Part shown: positions 8,888-21,900 of the stretch, piece after piece
Layout: every line of letters starts with the position of its first letter
Numbering within the stretch: position 1 is the stretch's first letter
Virus record (IMG/VR): IMGVR_UViG_3300049988_000008
Coordinates: 15,648 to 79,647 of that record
DNA length: 64,000 nucleotides
Source: a virus
Lineage: Duplodnaviria; Heunggongvirae; Uroviricota; Caudoviricetes
Direction: 5' to 3' (one strand)
Program-made: the position numbers and the translations under genes
Notes under the pieces: model-generated
The model's database searches: none
What the model saw: only the letters and a program-made list of their open reading frames with translations
What the model was told of the DNA's origin: nothing

Positions 8888-11077
8888 ATGGGATTGTTCA
8901 GCCGCACCAAGACACAAGTCGGTACTCAAGTACAACGAGTCATCGATAATGATCGACTCCCTGCATCTGTACTCAACGGGATCACCAAGAACATCTTCGA
9001 AGCTGACAGTGATGGCAGTCAGATGGTTGAGTACATTCTAGAAGAACTCACCAACAACATCGGTGTACGAGCCAATCGGATGTTCGCATATGGCAAGGAT
9101 GAGTACATCTATGGCTTGCCACAGTCTACATACCGGTCATCGCTTCAAGCGAAACCGGCAGTACAACAACACCTGAATGCACAGGTTGGTTCGGTAGTAG
9201 GCATGACCTACTACAACTATGGTGCAATGAACTTGCTCCACTATGCATTCTATAAACTAGCTGATGAGTTCGATTGGCTTCCTGAAACCAATGACATCAC
9301 GACACTCACCACTATCAAGAAGAAAAAGGTGACGCTGACTGACATCAAGATTTATGTAACGGACATCACACCAGTCGAATCCACCAATGGATCGCTGGAA
9401 GTATGGGCGCCTGGGGCTAATAGCTACGCCAATGCCGCAACTCCCCTGTCGAGTGATTTGCTTGGTTTGAAAGAAACCAATAAGCCGACAGTCGATGCGA
9501 GTGCAGCGAATGATTACGCCATCATTAAGTATGCCTACGAGGAAGAATATCCTGCCACTGTAGAAGGCATTGTTGTCACCAAGAAGCGGATCATTGAGAA
9601 TGAGTTTCGCATTGAACTCACTGGCTTCGATGTGATGGCCGATTACCATCAAGTCCGATACGTTGCCAATGGTGCAGTCAAGTACTGGTTCTACAAGCAA
9701 GGTAGTGGTGTAGCTGCAATCGACAATGTGATGCTGACTGGATACACCGGTGATGGTGCGTTCTTCCCATGGGGCTATCTACGGTACAACAAGAAGTCAT
9801 TGATCAATGAGAAGACCAGCGAAGCATACAAGAGTAGCAAGAAGCTGTTCAACTACATGAACATGGATTACGACACCGTTGGTGAGGCAATCAATGAGAA
9901 CCCTGACATTGCTGACGTAGAACAAGCAATGATGGTCATGGGTGTACCTGCTGGATCAGCTGATCCAATTGATCAGCAATATCTGTTCGACTTCTTCGAC
10001 AAGATCGAAGTAGATACCAACAAGTATGGAAACAACTTATCGTCAGCTGTAAACCAACTGATCAACAAGAACTTGAACAAACAGAAGCCTGAGACAAGTA
10101 TTGTCATTCAAGACAAGCAATTCAAGATGGCACTGGCGTTCAAGAATCTGAACAAGCAGGAAGTTCCTGGCAGTGTAGCGCCAGTAGGCAAGTACACCAG
10201 TAGTGTCACTGGCGACACTCACAAGTACCGTTATCAGCATACTGCTGGCATGTACTATGAGATTACAGTGACTGATCTGAAGATGACATACTGGGTCTTC
10301 GATCAATACACTACGACTGGTGATGAGGACAACAAAGAAATCCTTCTGATTCCAGTTGACGTGAACATCGCCAAGACGTATCCACTCCCATTCCGAGAGA
10401 AGCTGTACGCTCGATCAATGCACTTCGTGTTCAATAGTCGTGTGGTGACGAAGCTGAAGTGGTATCAGACGGGCATCTTCCGACTGGTCATGATCGTGGC
10501 TTCTGTAGTCATTACTGTGCTCAGTCTGGGTTCGACATGGCAAGGTATCGTTGCTGCCATCGGTGCAGGTGCAACTGTGAGCACAATTGCCCTGATGGTG
10601 CTGGTAGCCATACTCAAGTATCTCGTTGTCTCACTGGCTTTGAAGCTGTTCGTCAAAGTCGTTGGTGCACGATTGGCTTTCCTTGTTGCAGTGGTAGCCG
10701 CTGTGTTCGGTGGATACCAAGCCATCAAAGCAGGTTCACTGGATGGTGCACCATGGGCAAAAGAACTTCTCCAAGTGTCATCTGGCTTGTCCAGCACAGT
10801 CAATGCTGATATCGCATCCCAGATGGAAGACTTGGTGAACGAACAGAGTGAGTTCGAGAAGTTTGCTGAAGAACAGACGAAGCTGCTTGATACCGCCAAA
10901 CAGATGCTTGGTGGTGATTCTACGATGAGTCCATTCGTAATCTTCGGTGAATCACCAAATGACTACTATCAACGAACAGTGCACTCCGGTAACATTGGGG
11001 TTGTAGGGATTGAAGCGATATCGTCGTACGTAGACATTGCACTTCGACTCCCTGATATTTCTGAAACATTAACTTAG
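8888..11077 (+). CDS. Virion protein with a C-terminal multi-pass hydrophobic region (candidate ejection/channel protein)
   Basis: 729-aa ORF. Residues ~520-620 form 3-4 predicted transmembrane helices (VMIVASVVITVLSL..., IALMVLVAILKYLVVSLALKLFV..., LAFLVAVVAAVFGG). Confidence 0.5.
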   Translation: MGLFSRTKTQVGTQVQRVIDNDRLPASVLNGITKNIFEADSDGSQMVEYILEELTNNIGVRANRMFAYGKDEYIYGLPQSTYRSSLQAKPAVQQHLNAQVGSVVGMTYYNYGAMNLLHYAFYKLADEFDWLPETNDITTLTTIKKKKVTLTDIKIYVTDITPVESTNGSLEVWAPGANSYANAATPLSSDLLGLKETNKPTVDASAANDYAIIKYAYEEEYPATVEGIVVTKKRIIENEFRIELTGFDVMADYHQVRYVANGAVKYWFYKQGSGVAAIDNVMLTGYTGDGAFFPWGYLRYNKKSLINEKTSEAYKSSKKLFNYMNMDYDTVGEAINENPDIADVEQAMMVMGVPAGSADPIDQQYLFDFFDKIEVDTNKYGNNLSSAVNQLINKNLNKQKPETSIVIQDKQFKMALAFKNLNKQEVPGSVAPVGKYTSSVTGDTHKYRYQHTAGMYYEITVTDLKMTYWVFDQYTTTGDEDNKEILLIPVDVNIAKTYPLPFREKLYARSMHFVFNSRVVTKLKWYQTGIFRLVMIVASVVITVLSLGSTWQGIVAAIGAGATVSTIALMVLVAILKYLVVSLALKLFVKVVGARLAFLVAVVAAVFGGYQAIKAGSLDGAPWAKELLQVSSGLSSTVNADIASQMEDLVNEQSEFEKFAEEQTKLLDTAKQMLGGDSTMSPFVIFGESPNDYYQRTVHSGNIGVVGIEAISSYVDIALRLPDISETLT

Positions 11078-11086
11078 GAGCAATAT

Positions 11087-11539
11087 ATGGCAGGTAGTCT
11101 TTACACTCCATTTCAGTGGGGAGCACAGCCTCAGCAGGATTTCCTGTCGAGTCTGACGCCCACTATTTCGCAACCTGGCATCTCTGTACCCATGGAAGCA
11201 GGTGGTGGTTCCAGCATGTTCAACGGTGTGAGCAACTGGCTCAACGATTCGGGCGTTCTGGGCAAGACTCTGGGTGATGGCACCAAGCTGCAAGGCTGGG
11301 GTGGTATGGCTGTGGGCGCAGCATCAGGCATCATGAATAGTCTGCTTGGTTTCCAGCAGATGGGCATGGCCAAGGATGCAGCTAAAGAGAGTCGTCGTCA
11401 GTTCGATTTGAACTACGGTGCTCAGGTCAAGACCACGAACTCGCAGCTGGAAGATCGTCAACGCGCACGTGTGGCTTCGAACTCTGGTGCATACCAGTCG
11501 GTTGGCGACTACATGAAACAATACGGTATCGGAGGCTAA
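11087..11539 (+). CDS. Hypothetical virion protein (Gly/Met-rich)
   Basis: 150-aa ORF. The ATG follows 'ggagcaatat'. Confidence 0.45.
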   Translation: MAGSLYTPFQWGAQPQQDFLSSLTPTISQPGISVPMEAGGGSSMFNGVSNWLNDSGVLGKTLGDGTKLQGWGGMAVGAASGIMNSLLGFQQMGMAKDAAKESRRQFDLNYGAQVKTTNSQLEDRQRARVASNSGAYQSVGDYMKQYGIGG

Positions 11540-11542
11540 TAT

Positions 11543-12802
11543 ATGGCAGGTCCAATTCGTTGGGACAATGTGAACAGCCGTGGTACGGGCGATGCTATGC
11601 ATGGCCTGAACTCTGCTGGTCAGTTGTTCACCAACGGTTTCTCTCAACTGGGTGATGTACTCAAGCAGAGCGAAGCCATTCAACAAGGGAACTGGCAGAA
11701 CACTCGTCAGAACAACACCAGTGCATATCTGGATGAAATAGCCAAGTATCGTACTGCTGAAGAACTTCGTGGTGCTCAACAGTCTGGTGTACTGGATCAA
11801 CTGCGCCAAAGCTTTGGTTATCAGATTGATGCTGACAAGGTTCGCAATGCTGCCGACACTCGTGCCAGTTCGCTGATGGATCAGGCAGTCAAGCAGATTG
11901 GTTACGACAACACTATGACTGATGCAAAACAGTCAGGTACTCGTGATCAGATCATGTCGATGATTAACTCTGGTGATCCTAAACAGATCGCTCAAGGTCA
12001 AGCCATGCTGCAAGAAGTTCAGCTTCGCAATGAAGCCGATCTGTTTGCTGCTGCTCGTGATGCTGGTCGTCAACAGACTACCTGGGGTCAAGCTGATAAG
12101 ACTTTCGATCTGAATCAGGACAAGGGTCGTCAGGAGATTACGGCATCTCAAGCTGGTATTGAGAATGCTCGTGGTATGTTGAGTGTTGCTCGACAGAATG
12201 CGGGTACTCAAGCTCAGTCAGTGGCTCAACAAGGCAAGAGCATCAACTTCAACATTGAGACTGCTCTCGCTGATCGTGAAGCTGCTATGGCTGCTGGTCG
12301 TGCTGCATCCGTCCGTAAAGGTCTGGAAGACAACGGCAACTTGTATGCATCGGGTGGTGTGTTCAGTGGCAAGCACACGCCACAACTGCTGGAGCAACTG
12401 ACCAAAGCAGGCATTGGTGATGACGCTGGTGAACGTTCGGCAATGATCGAGCGTGCCAATGAGATGGCACGTAAGGGCATCACGATCAAAACGCCTGATG
12501 GTAAACAGTCGATGAAGATCACTGAACTCCCATTGGCTGCTGTTCAAGCTGCTATGCTGGCTTCAACTGATAGTGTTGCTGGCTGGAATCAAGGCTACGC
12601 TAAGTCGTTCGAGAAGAACCTGACCAAGATTCTGGAACAACAAGCTGTAGTCCAGGGTCCGAACGGCAAGCCAACACTGTCCAATAAAATGATCAGTGAT
12701 CTGGATGATTTCCGTGGTGCCATTCGTGGTGCGACTGATGCTCCAGTAGCAATTCGTCCGATGAATCCACAACGTCCTCCACAACAGAAGCAGAAGTACT
12801 AA
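11543..12802 (+). CDS. Hypothetical virion protein (Gln/Ala-rich)
   Basis: 419-aa ORF. The ATG follows 'ggaggctaatat'. Confidence 0.5.
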   Translation: MAGPIRWDNVNSRGTGDAMHGLNSAGQLFTNGFSQLGDVLKQSEAIQQGNWQNTRQNNTSAYLDEIAKYRTAEELRGAQQSGVLDQLRQSFGYQIDADKVRNAADTRASSLMDQAVKQIGYDNTMTDAKQSGTRDQIMSMINSGDPKQIAQGQAMLQEVQLRNEADLFAAARDAGRQQTTWGQADKTFDLNQDKGRQEITASQAGIENARGMLSVARQNAGTQAQSVAQQGKSINFNIETALADREAAMAAGRAASVRKGLEDNGNLYASGGVFSGKHTPQLLEQLTKAGIGDDAGERSAMIERANEMARKGITIKTPDGKQSMKITELPLAAVQAAMLASTDSVAGWNQGYAKSFEKNLTKILEQQAVVQGPNGKPTLSNKMISDLDDFRGAIRGATDAPVAIRPMNPQRPPQQKQKY

Positions 12803-12830
12803 GCGTCTTTGGGTTCTTTGCAACAAATAA

Positions 12831-12863
12831 GGTGGATTGGAGGCAACTCCATCCACCTTTTTC
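12831..12863 (+). terminator. Intrinsic terminator upstream of the vRNAP gene
   Basis: GGTGGATTGGAG-gcaa-CTCCATCCACC followed by TTTTT. A TATAAT hexamer follows at 12866-12871. Confidence 0.55.
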
Positions 12864-12906
12864 TATATAATCTGATTGATTCCCCCTTCAGGACAACTAC
12901 ACATCT

Positions 12907-15900
12907 ATGGCATCTTTAGACGACATCCTCAATGCACATCTCGCTGGTCAAGAGAATCCTGCTACGCAAGTCAACACTAAGTACGCTGCTACTCCAATTG
13001 GTCAGATCAAGACAGCCAACAAACTGGCTGAAATCCGTGATGCTGCTTCGGTTAAGCGTCAACAGCTGAGTGACTTCCGTGCAGCTATCGCTGGCCAGAC
13101 TGAAGCCTATCAACAGCAAGAACAAGCCAATGCCAACTCATGGGTTGGTAAGGCTGGACTCGATCCAGATAGTGCACTGGGTACGGTAGTGAATGCTGGT
13201 GCCAACGTTGTTGCTGGTGCTTCGCGTCAACTGGTAGGTGCAGTGGCTTCGCTGCCACACACGTTCATCGCTGGTATGAACGATGCAGCATTGAGTCAAG
13301 ACGAAACCAACGCGTATAACAACTACGTTCAAGGTAAAGCAACGCCAGAAGAAGTGGCATTGCTCAATACCAAGAAGACGACTGTTGGCGCTGGTGGTAT
13401 GCAGACCAGCATGACTCCAATGGAGAATGCCAAACAAGGTGATGCTACTCGCAAGATCGCTCGTGGTATCAACGACTTCTTTGACATTGATTCAATCATT
13501 CATCAAGGCAGCAAGAACAAGTTGAATGCTCAACTCGGTGAATCGTTCGAAGGTGATTCACAGAAGGTTGCTGCTGGATGGGAATCGCTCAAGACTGGTG
13601 AGTACGGTGACGGTGCCAAAGAGATGGCATCTGGCTTGGCTGGTTTGCTGATGAATGCTGGTGAAGCGGCTATCGACAACCCGAAAGCTGTCGCTGAATA
13701 CGTGGCACAGAACGCCCCTCAACTGGCTGTGGGCGCATTTGGTACGTTGGGTCGCATGAGCATGGCTGCATCGAATGCAGGCTATGCCGCTGACTACTAC
13801 CAGAAGGGCATGGAGAAATTCTCCAAGGACAATGGCGGTAAGCTGCCAAGCGTTCAAGATCGTGCGGAAATCGCAGGCTGGGCTGCATCCCTCGCTGTCG
13901 CTGAACAGGTAGGCGATATGGTAGGTCTGGGTGTCATGAAGCCAGGCACCAAGACGGGTGCTATCGAGGCATTCAAGAACACCATCAAGGCAGCGACGCA
14001 AGGCACGATGAGCGAGGCTGTGACTGAGGGCTACCAGACCTTCGCAGAAGGGCAGGCACAAGGGGAAGCAGCCAGTGCTTCGGACATCTACAAGGGCGCT
14101 GTAATCGGTGGCTTGACTGGTGGTGTCATGTCTGGCGGTGTCCGTGCTATCGCTGAAGCCACTGGTGCTACCCCAGAGCAGGCAACTGAACGTGTTCAGA
14201 AGGCCAACGATACTGCCATCTTCAATGAAGCTGTACAAAGCAATAATCCATCAGTCTACTTGACTGAAGGTCAGCCACAATACAACCCTGCTAAAGCAGT
14301 GGGCGTACTGATGCAACATAGCTTGAAGGAAGATACAACTCCAGAAGTTCGTATGGAGAACTTCATGAAGGCCAATGAAATCATGGATGGTCTGAATGAA
14401 CGTCTGGATGCGGTCAAGGAACAACTCAAGAGCGATGATCCTGCTGTGGTGACTGCTGCACGTCAAGAACGTGAGATGCTTGTTGCTCAGATCAATGAGG
14501 GTCAACCTCGTTGGGATCGTATGTTCACGGAGTTGAACAAAGCATTCGGTGGTGAAGATGCTGGTTCGGATGCTGAACAGACCATTAACCTGTCGATGGC
14601 GTCCACTGGTAGCCTGAGTGTTGAAAAAGCACAGGCAATGGCTGAAGACACCAGCAATGATCTGAATGAAGATCAGCGTGGTTTCCTTCGTGCATTCAGT
14701 GAAGCTCGTCTGGCTTACAACCAAGCTCAAGATATGGGCAAGGTTACCAAGACAGTGCTTGAAGGCAACGCTGAAAACCTTGGCATCAAGCAATACCGTC
14801 AACGCATTGGCATGGCTCTGGCTGCTGACAATGCTGTGAAGGCACAAGCTGATCTGGAACTGCTGACCAGTTTCGCTACCTCGCATGCAGAGAAAGCGGC
14901 TGTAGCACAGGCAGGCTTCGATAAATATGGCGAGGCAGCACAGGTCTACAAGACGGAAAACGGTTGGGGCTATGCGGCTCCAGGCACCTATAAGGCCGCA
15001 GAGCTGCTCAACGGTGGTGGCCTTCCGGTTGTGAAGCCACGTCTCCTGACGGCTCTGAAGGCTGAGGCAAAGGCTCTGGCAGCTACCCGTGATGAGATGA
15101 CTCAGGCGGTCAAGGTGAAGTTCGCCCCTACCCAAAAGGCAAAGGCTCCTGTAGCATCTAAGACTCCTACCTCGGCACCTACTGCCAAACAACTCGCTAC
15201 CCCCGATTCTCCCTCTGTAGAACAGAAGAATACGGCTCCCTCGGAAAAAGTTATTACCCCTCCCCATGGTAAGGAAGAAGCACGTCTGTCGTCTTCGACT
15301 CCAGAACCTGTTGTGTCTACGCCACAAAACGACAACAAATCTTCAAATAAATTGAAGGAAAAAGTCGTTGAGTATGCTGAATATTTGCGCAATCCACCTG
15401 ACGATTACACCACTGCAAAAGCAGAGGCAATCGTAAAGTGGGCAAAAGTACAACAGGATCGCGTGACGAAAGCACTGGCTTCAGAAGAAGAATTCAGTGA
15501 ACGTCATACTGAACTGAGTGATCTGCGTGATGAGCTTGGCTTGATGGCCAAGACTGGTGAGACGATTGTCAGTGCAGACAAAGAGTTCTCTGCTGCAAAT
15601 GAACCTACTCCTACTCAATCGCTGGCTCCCTCGCCGGTATCGTTGTCCCCTTCGTCAGTCGCTGACGCTCCTTCCTCGGTGACCGATACGGCTGCGGTCG
15701 CGGAACCTACTCCTGCTATCGAAGCATTGTCGGAGAAGGCAGGTAAAGCGGCGAAGTACACCCAGAAGAAACTGGGTGACCTCTATTCGCAGGCAGATGT
15801 TGCACTGTCGCGTGTGAAGGACTTGGTTTCGAATATCAAAAAGCCAGATGACATCCGTACCTTCATTGAAGGCGAAGCACTGACGACTGAACAGTCGGTG

Positions 15901-18900
15901 GCTGTACGCACCTTTACTGAAGTAGCTAAGTCGTGGGAAGCAACCATCACGAGCAATCTCGATGTGCGTAACAAGCCGGACTACAACTATGAAGACAGCA
16001 TGCAGTACTTCATTCGTCCTGATGGCGACATCGAACAGAACGTGAAGACTGCACTCTCATATGCTGCATTCAGCTATGTTGCTGAGAACTTCGGTCGTAC
16101 TTCGCGCAACACGAACTCGGAAATCAATGCAATCCTGGGACGTGATCGGGATACTCGTGTCACTCCTGATGAACGTGCACTGCTGCAAGACACTCTGGTG
16201 TCCATGCCAGCACTGATCGATTCCCTCGGTCAACGTGTGGTGAAGGCACTTGGTTTGAAAGCCAATGCTTCTACTCCAGTCAATGAACTGGCTCGTATGC
16301 AAGCTGGCTTGGGTGCACACGCTTTGCGTTTGCTGATCGACGGTGATACACCACTTTTGAATTTGAAATACGCTGATCTTAAAGTGATCAACGCAATGCG
16401 TGGCAAGGGCAAATCCTTTGCTGATGTATCCGGCTCAGACAATGAACTTACCACTGGTTTCCAACAGGAAGTGTTCCTCGACATCAATCGTGATGAAGAA
16501 CGGAAGCCAACTGCATTGGCAACCAAGATCGTGGAAGCGAACAAGGGTTCGGGCAGTATCATCAACAAGCTGTTCGCAGCTGAGGATGTGGAACGTCCAC
16601 CAACCTTCGAACCAGTTACGAAGCTGCGCCCATTCGCCAAGCGTACTCAGCAAGTGGTGCCTTCGTATCTGCAAAGCATCATCAAGAAGCTCAATGCACA
16701 GCCGAACTACATTCGTCAGGACAAGCTGGAACTGCTCAGTGTTGTGGGCGATGATCGCTTCCTGTCGATGATGGGCGTGAAGCCAAACACTGAAGCTGTG
16801 CACATTGCCAAGCGTGATGCACTCGATGCCAAGAACGAAGGTCTGCGTCGTGAACTCGATGGGATCAAGGAGTTCGTTCGTTCAAACCTGAAAGGAGAAC
16901 TGGATAAACCCTTCTTCTTTGAGCATTACGCAATGAAGCAACAGCGTGTTGGTATCGACAACAGCTTGGTCAATCCACAGATGTCCAAGATTCATCGCTT
17001 CATGGTTTACCGTGATAGCTGGAAGACGACCGTTCAAATGAACGATATCGAGAACTTCCTGCTGCGCGTTGCTGAAGGTATGGGCGTGAAGACGGATAAG
17101 ACCGACAAGGTGTCGGCATTGCGTCAAGTCAACCAGAAGATTGTCTCGCCAGAAGTGCAGGCAGGTATTGCTGCGATCATCAAGATGGAAGCAGGCGATG
17201 TACTCACTGATGGTGAGAAGGACGCTATCGTTACCGCTGCCAACACTGGTGGTGAGAATGCACACTCGCTCGATGCTCTGGTTGCACTGGCTCAGTACAC
17301 CAAAGCAGAACAGTCGGGTGCTACCTCGTTCGATGTGAACATGCTCGCTGAAGTTGATGGTGTGACCAATGGTCCAATGCTGTCGCACTTGCTGATGGGT
17401 GCAGCTGCATCCGTTGATGATCTGTACAAGATGCTCAACCGTGGTGGCTTCTATACCACTGAAGGTATGCAGTTCAACGACTGGCGTGCTGCTGCTGGTA
17501 ATGAAGACTTGTACGAGACGACTACTCGTTCCTCGCTTAGTACTCTGGCTTCGATGGTTGCTCAAGGTGAAATCGATAACGTTCTGCTGTCGAACATCAT
17601 GAACTTCATGGGCAAACTGGAAGATAAGGAAACGGGCAAGATCGAGAAAGCTGGTCGTAACATGATCAAGACACCACTGACCGCAATGGTCTATGGCTCC
17701 GGTATCAAGACGGCTATCGAAGGTATGGCTGCTGACTTCATCAGCAACATCTACTCCAGCATCGAAGCTACGACCAAGAGCAATGACGAAGCGACTCATC
17801 GCAAAAACGTCAAAGCCATTCGTGCAATGGGTATTGATCTTGATCCAAAGACTACGATCAAAGAACTGATGGAACTTCAGTTCAGTACAGCTGAAGAGAA
17901 CCTGCTCGTCTCGCACTTCATGGAGTCGATGGGCAAAGCCGTAGAAGCAACGATCCGCAATGACTTCAAGAGCTTGCTCGACAATCGTCAGAAGTTCAAT
18001 GCAACCGCATCGATCACCTTCGACATGTACAACGCAGCGTACACGGCAGAGCGTGCAAAGCTGATTGATGAACTGTTGGCTTCGGGGGAAATCGCTGCTG
18101 ATGGTGCATCGAATGCAATTCACGATCTGACACCAGCACAGGAGAAGATTCTGAATGAACGCATCGCTGCTGTGACACCAGTGCTGCAAACCGCCATGTC
18201 GAATCTGTCGGGTGCACCGGCAAACAACACCGGTATGCTTGTGGCAAGCAGCAAGATGCAACCAGCCAAGAGTCTGCCATACAAGGCAGTGGTTCGTTAC
18301 GCCAAGGGCTTCAAGACCATGAATGGCAAGACGGCCAAGAACCTGACCGCCTATGGTCGTAACAAGGTGAATACTGATCCAGGCGTTGGCTTGGGTGCTA
18401 CGTCTACCCACTCGTTCGACTCGGCTGTATCCCACTCAGCAATCGCAGGCAAGGAAATCCTGAACCTGCACGATGCTCACGGTACTGGTGCACATGAACT
18501 GGTCGCTGCTGGTAAGCGTCTGAACAAGGCAGTCTGGGATCGTGCGATGGAATACTCGCCAGCACAGGAGATGTACGACTCGTACATGCGTACCATCCGT
18601 GGCATGAGTGAACTGCTCAAGACCGGAACGGACAGCATGAAAGCTCAATTAGCTTCTTCTCTGGTTGCTAAATCGGCTAAATCAGCCGTCTGGAATCCAG
18701 AGACAAAGCGTCGTAGCGCGCCTATCCCAGCAGAGACGATCCTGATGGTTCGCGGTATCGAAGCCAAGCGCCTCGCCTTTGAAGCTGACAGTATCAAGTT
18801 CGGTGCCATGGCTCAGATGCAATCTATTGCTCAGTACGCAGTCGAAGGTGGTAACTACAACGTTAAGGAAACGGATCGTGCAGCAGCACAAGCCAAGCTC

Positions 18901-21900
18901 GATGCTCTGACAGCGCAAATGCCAGAAGCAGACTTGACCGTTGTTCAACAGGTACAAGACCAGTTGAAAGACTATATTGAAGCGGCAACGCTTGATGCTG
19001 CCGAACGGGCTAAGGAAAAGAACCAAACCAAACGCGAGAAGCGCGTATCAGACTTCGGTACTGTCGGCAAACCAATCGTAACCAGTGATGTTGCACTGTC
19101 GAACTGGATGCGCAAGAACCCGAATACCTCTGTCGCTCAACTCGCTGGTTTCTTGCGTACGCAGAAGATGGATGACTTCCAAGGCAAGTTGCTCGCATCG
19201 TTGGTGCGTGCACTGGGTGATCGTGCGACCAACTATCGTGTTCGTCTGATCAGCAAAGACAGTGCCGTATCGGATGTTCTCGAACGTCCACTGGGTGCGG
19301 CACATGCATGGTTCGTGTCCAAAGATGGCAAGAACGAGATGTACTTCCTCTCGCCAGACTTCAAAGAGTCGGGCATCACTACCGAATCGGTACTGCATGA
19401 ATTAACTCACGCAGCAGTTGCTCACGCCATTGCTAATCCAACGGCAGAGACCAAACCATTGGTTGATGAACTGGAAGCAATCCGTGTTGAAGCTGCCCGC
19501 ATCATCGAAGATGGCAAGATCACTGCACTGCAACCAGCAGTTGAAAGTGTTCAGGAACTGGTGGCCTATGGCATGACCAATCCAGCATTCCAAGGTGTAC
19601 TGGCTTCGATGAAGCACAGCACCAAGAACGCTGAAAACAAATGGGTCAGTGGTCTGAAAGCATTCATCGACACGCTCGTGAAACTGGTGTTCAAGCGTGA
19701 CAGTGATGTCGCATCGAACGGTCTGACCAGCCTGATCACGAACGTGTCTGGATTGATGGCAGCATCGGCAAATAGCCGTGCAAGCCGTGGGTACATCAAT
19801 CAGTCGATGGCTGCTCAACCTTCGTTGGCTTCCCTCAATGGTGAAGAAATGTACGATGCCCTGGCAACGTTGGGTACTACCCGACTGAACCCTGAGTTCG
19901 ATGCAAGCATCCGTAACACGCTCAACAAGATGGAACTGTCGGTGCACTTCCCACTGGCTGCAATGAAGCAGGCAGTACAGGCTACCGCTGCACAGTCGCC
20001 TACTGAACTGTGGCGTGACATGAAGGATGCCAACGTAGCGATGTTCGCCAAGAGTGCTCTGTCGTCTGGCTTCAACTTCACTGAACAGGAAGCATTTGCC
20101 CTGGAGCAAGTAGAAGCCACGATCCGTGTTGCTCTGACTACCAAGGATGGCAGCACTTCGGCTCTCTACCGTGAACTGGCTACGCTGTATCGTGACGCCC
20201 GTAATGAACTGAAGTCGAAGGTCGCTACCTTCCACCCGAATGCCAAGCAAGCTCAGGCACTCTATGACTTCGTGTTCAAAATGGAACCGGGTATGGGTGA
20301 TCAATCGGATTACCTGAGTCGCTTCGCTGCTCTGGGTCTGGTCAATCATGAGTTCGCTGAACTGCTGAACTTCGATACTCCAGTGTCGAACTCTAACCTG
20401 ACTGGCATGCCATTCGGTGAGAAGCTGCACATCATGTTCGAACGCTTCCTTGAGTGGATCAATCAGCGTGCAACGAACACCTTCAAAGGTCAGAAGGCTG
20501 ATGAGAAGCTCAATGCTCTGGTGGATCAACTGGTTCACATCGAGCAACGTAAACGCATGAAACTGGCTCAATCGGTTGGTGTAGCCACCGATGCATTCGA
20601 AGGTATGTTCCGCACTGGTGCAGAGACGATCCGTAAGACTGCTGAAGCAGTAGGTCAATCGGACTTCTTCAAGAACAGCACCAATGGTGTCGTTCGCTTG
20701 ACTGGTCGGATCACTACGCTGGTAGCGAATGATCGTGTAGATGAGTACCTGAGTGCACTGCAAAAGTTCCGTGATCAAACCATGAAGGAACGTCAAGGTC
20801 TGCTCATGGGTACGGTCAATGAGGCTCGTGGTTCGACGCTGGCTAATGCCATTTTCCATAAGCTGCTGCGCATCTCCAAGCACAATGAAGGTATCCGTAA
20901 AGACTTGATCGGTAACACCACTACGTTTGTGATGAACAGCTTTGCAGACGGTGGCAAGTACCTGGGTGATCAAGCCAAGAAGGCAATCTCCTACGGCATC
21001 ATGCGTACTGACGTTGTTGCTCTTATGCCACACTTTGATATCGACGGTATTCGTGCTCTGTTTGACAACAAGGCAGAGCTGACCAAGGCAATCGATAAAT
21101 TCGAAACTGATCTTGCTGGCTTGGGTTCGAAGCACACCATGTCGTATCTGAATGGTGCCAAGGCTCTGGGTCTGTACCTTGCCACTGGAGAAGTTGGTGC
21201 AGAGAACCTGCGCCTGAACGCTGAGAACATCGCAGGGATGCTCGGTACGGATCAGGCAGGGAAACTTAACCAGTCGGATATCGACGCAGCCACGGCCATC
21301 CTGGACCCTCTGGTTTCGCTGTACGCAATCAGCATGCTCCATAAGTCTCACGTGGAAGCTCTGAAGGCTGTGTTCGCTGAAGAAGGTAAACGCCCTAAAG
21401 GTCAGAATGGTATCGAGGCAGTCCTGAAGTTGCACAAAGACTTGCAGCAACAATCGAAGGATCGCCTGTTCCAAGCTGCCGGTGCACTGCGTATGAAAGG
21501 TTACACACCGGAAATCTATAACCCATACATCCGTCTGGAAGTGGCCAGTGTGCATGACAGTGCCAAGCTGGAGGAACGTGGTTTCTCTATTGGTCACAAG
21601 CTGCAAATGGATGATGCCGATCCAACCAAGAGCAATGACATGCACATCTACTCGTTGCGTGATGGTGGCATGGTGCAGTACCTGACTGGTGTGTTCTCGT
21701 ACACTGGTTCGCGTAAGCGTGGTACGGCTACCCACAATGGTGATCTGGGTCTGCTCAGTACGACTGGCATCATGAACCGTAAGAAGATGAACGTGATTGA
21801 GGCACAACAGCAACGGGGTATCGCTACCCAAGCTCGTCGTCCAATCGATCCACAGAAGGATGCGTTCAACAAGAACTTCCTCGTGCCAGTATTCAATGGC

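Noticed and set aside
12866-12871. TATAAT hexamer just after the terminator upstream of the vRNAP gene, considered as a sigma70 promoter
   Set aside because: No acceptable -35 element lies at 16-19 nt spacing (best candidate is gcaact). An isolated TATAAT in AT-rich DNA is weak evidence, so it is kept only as a note.
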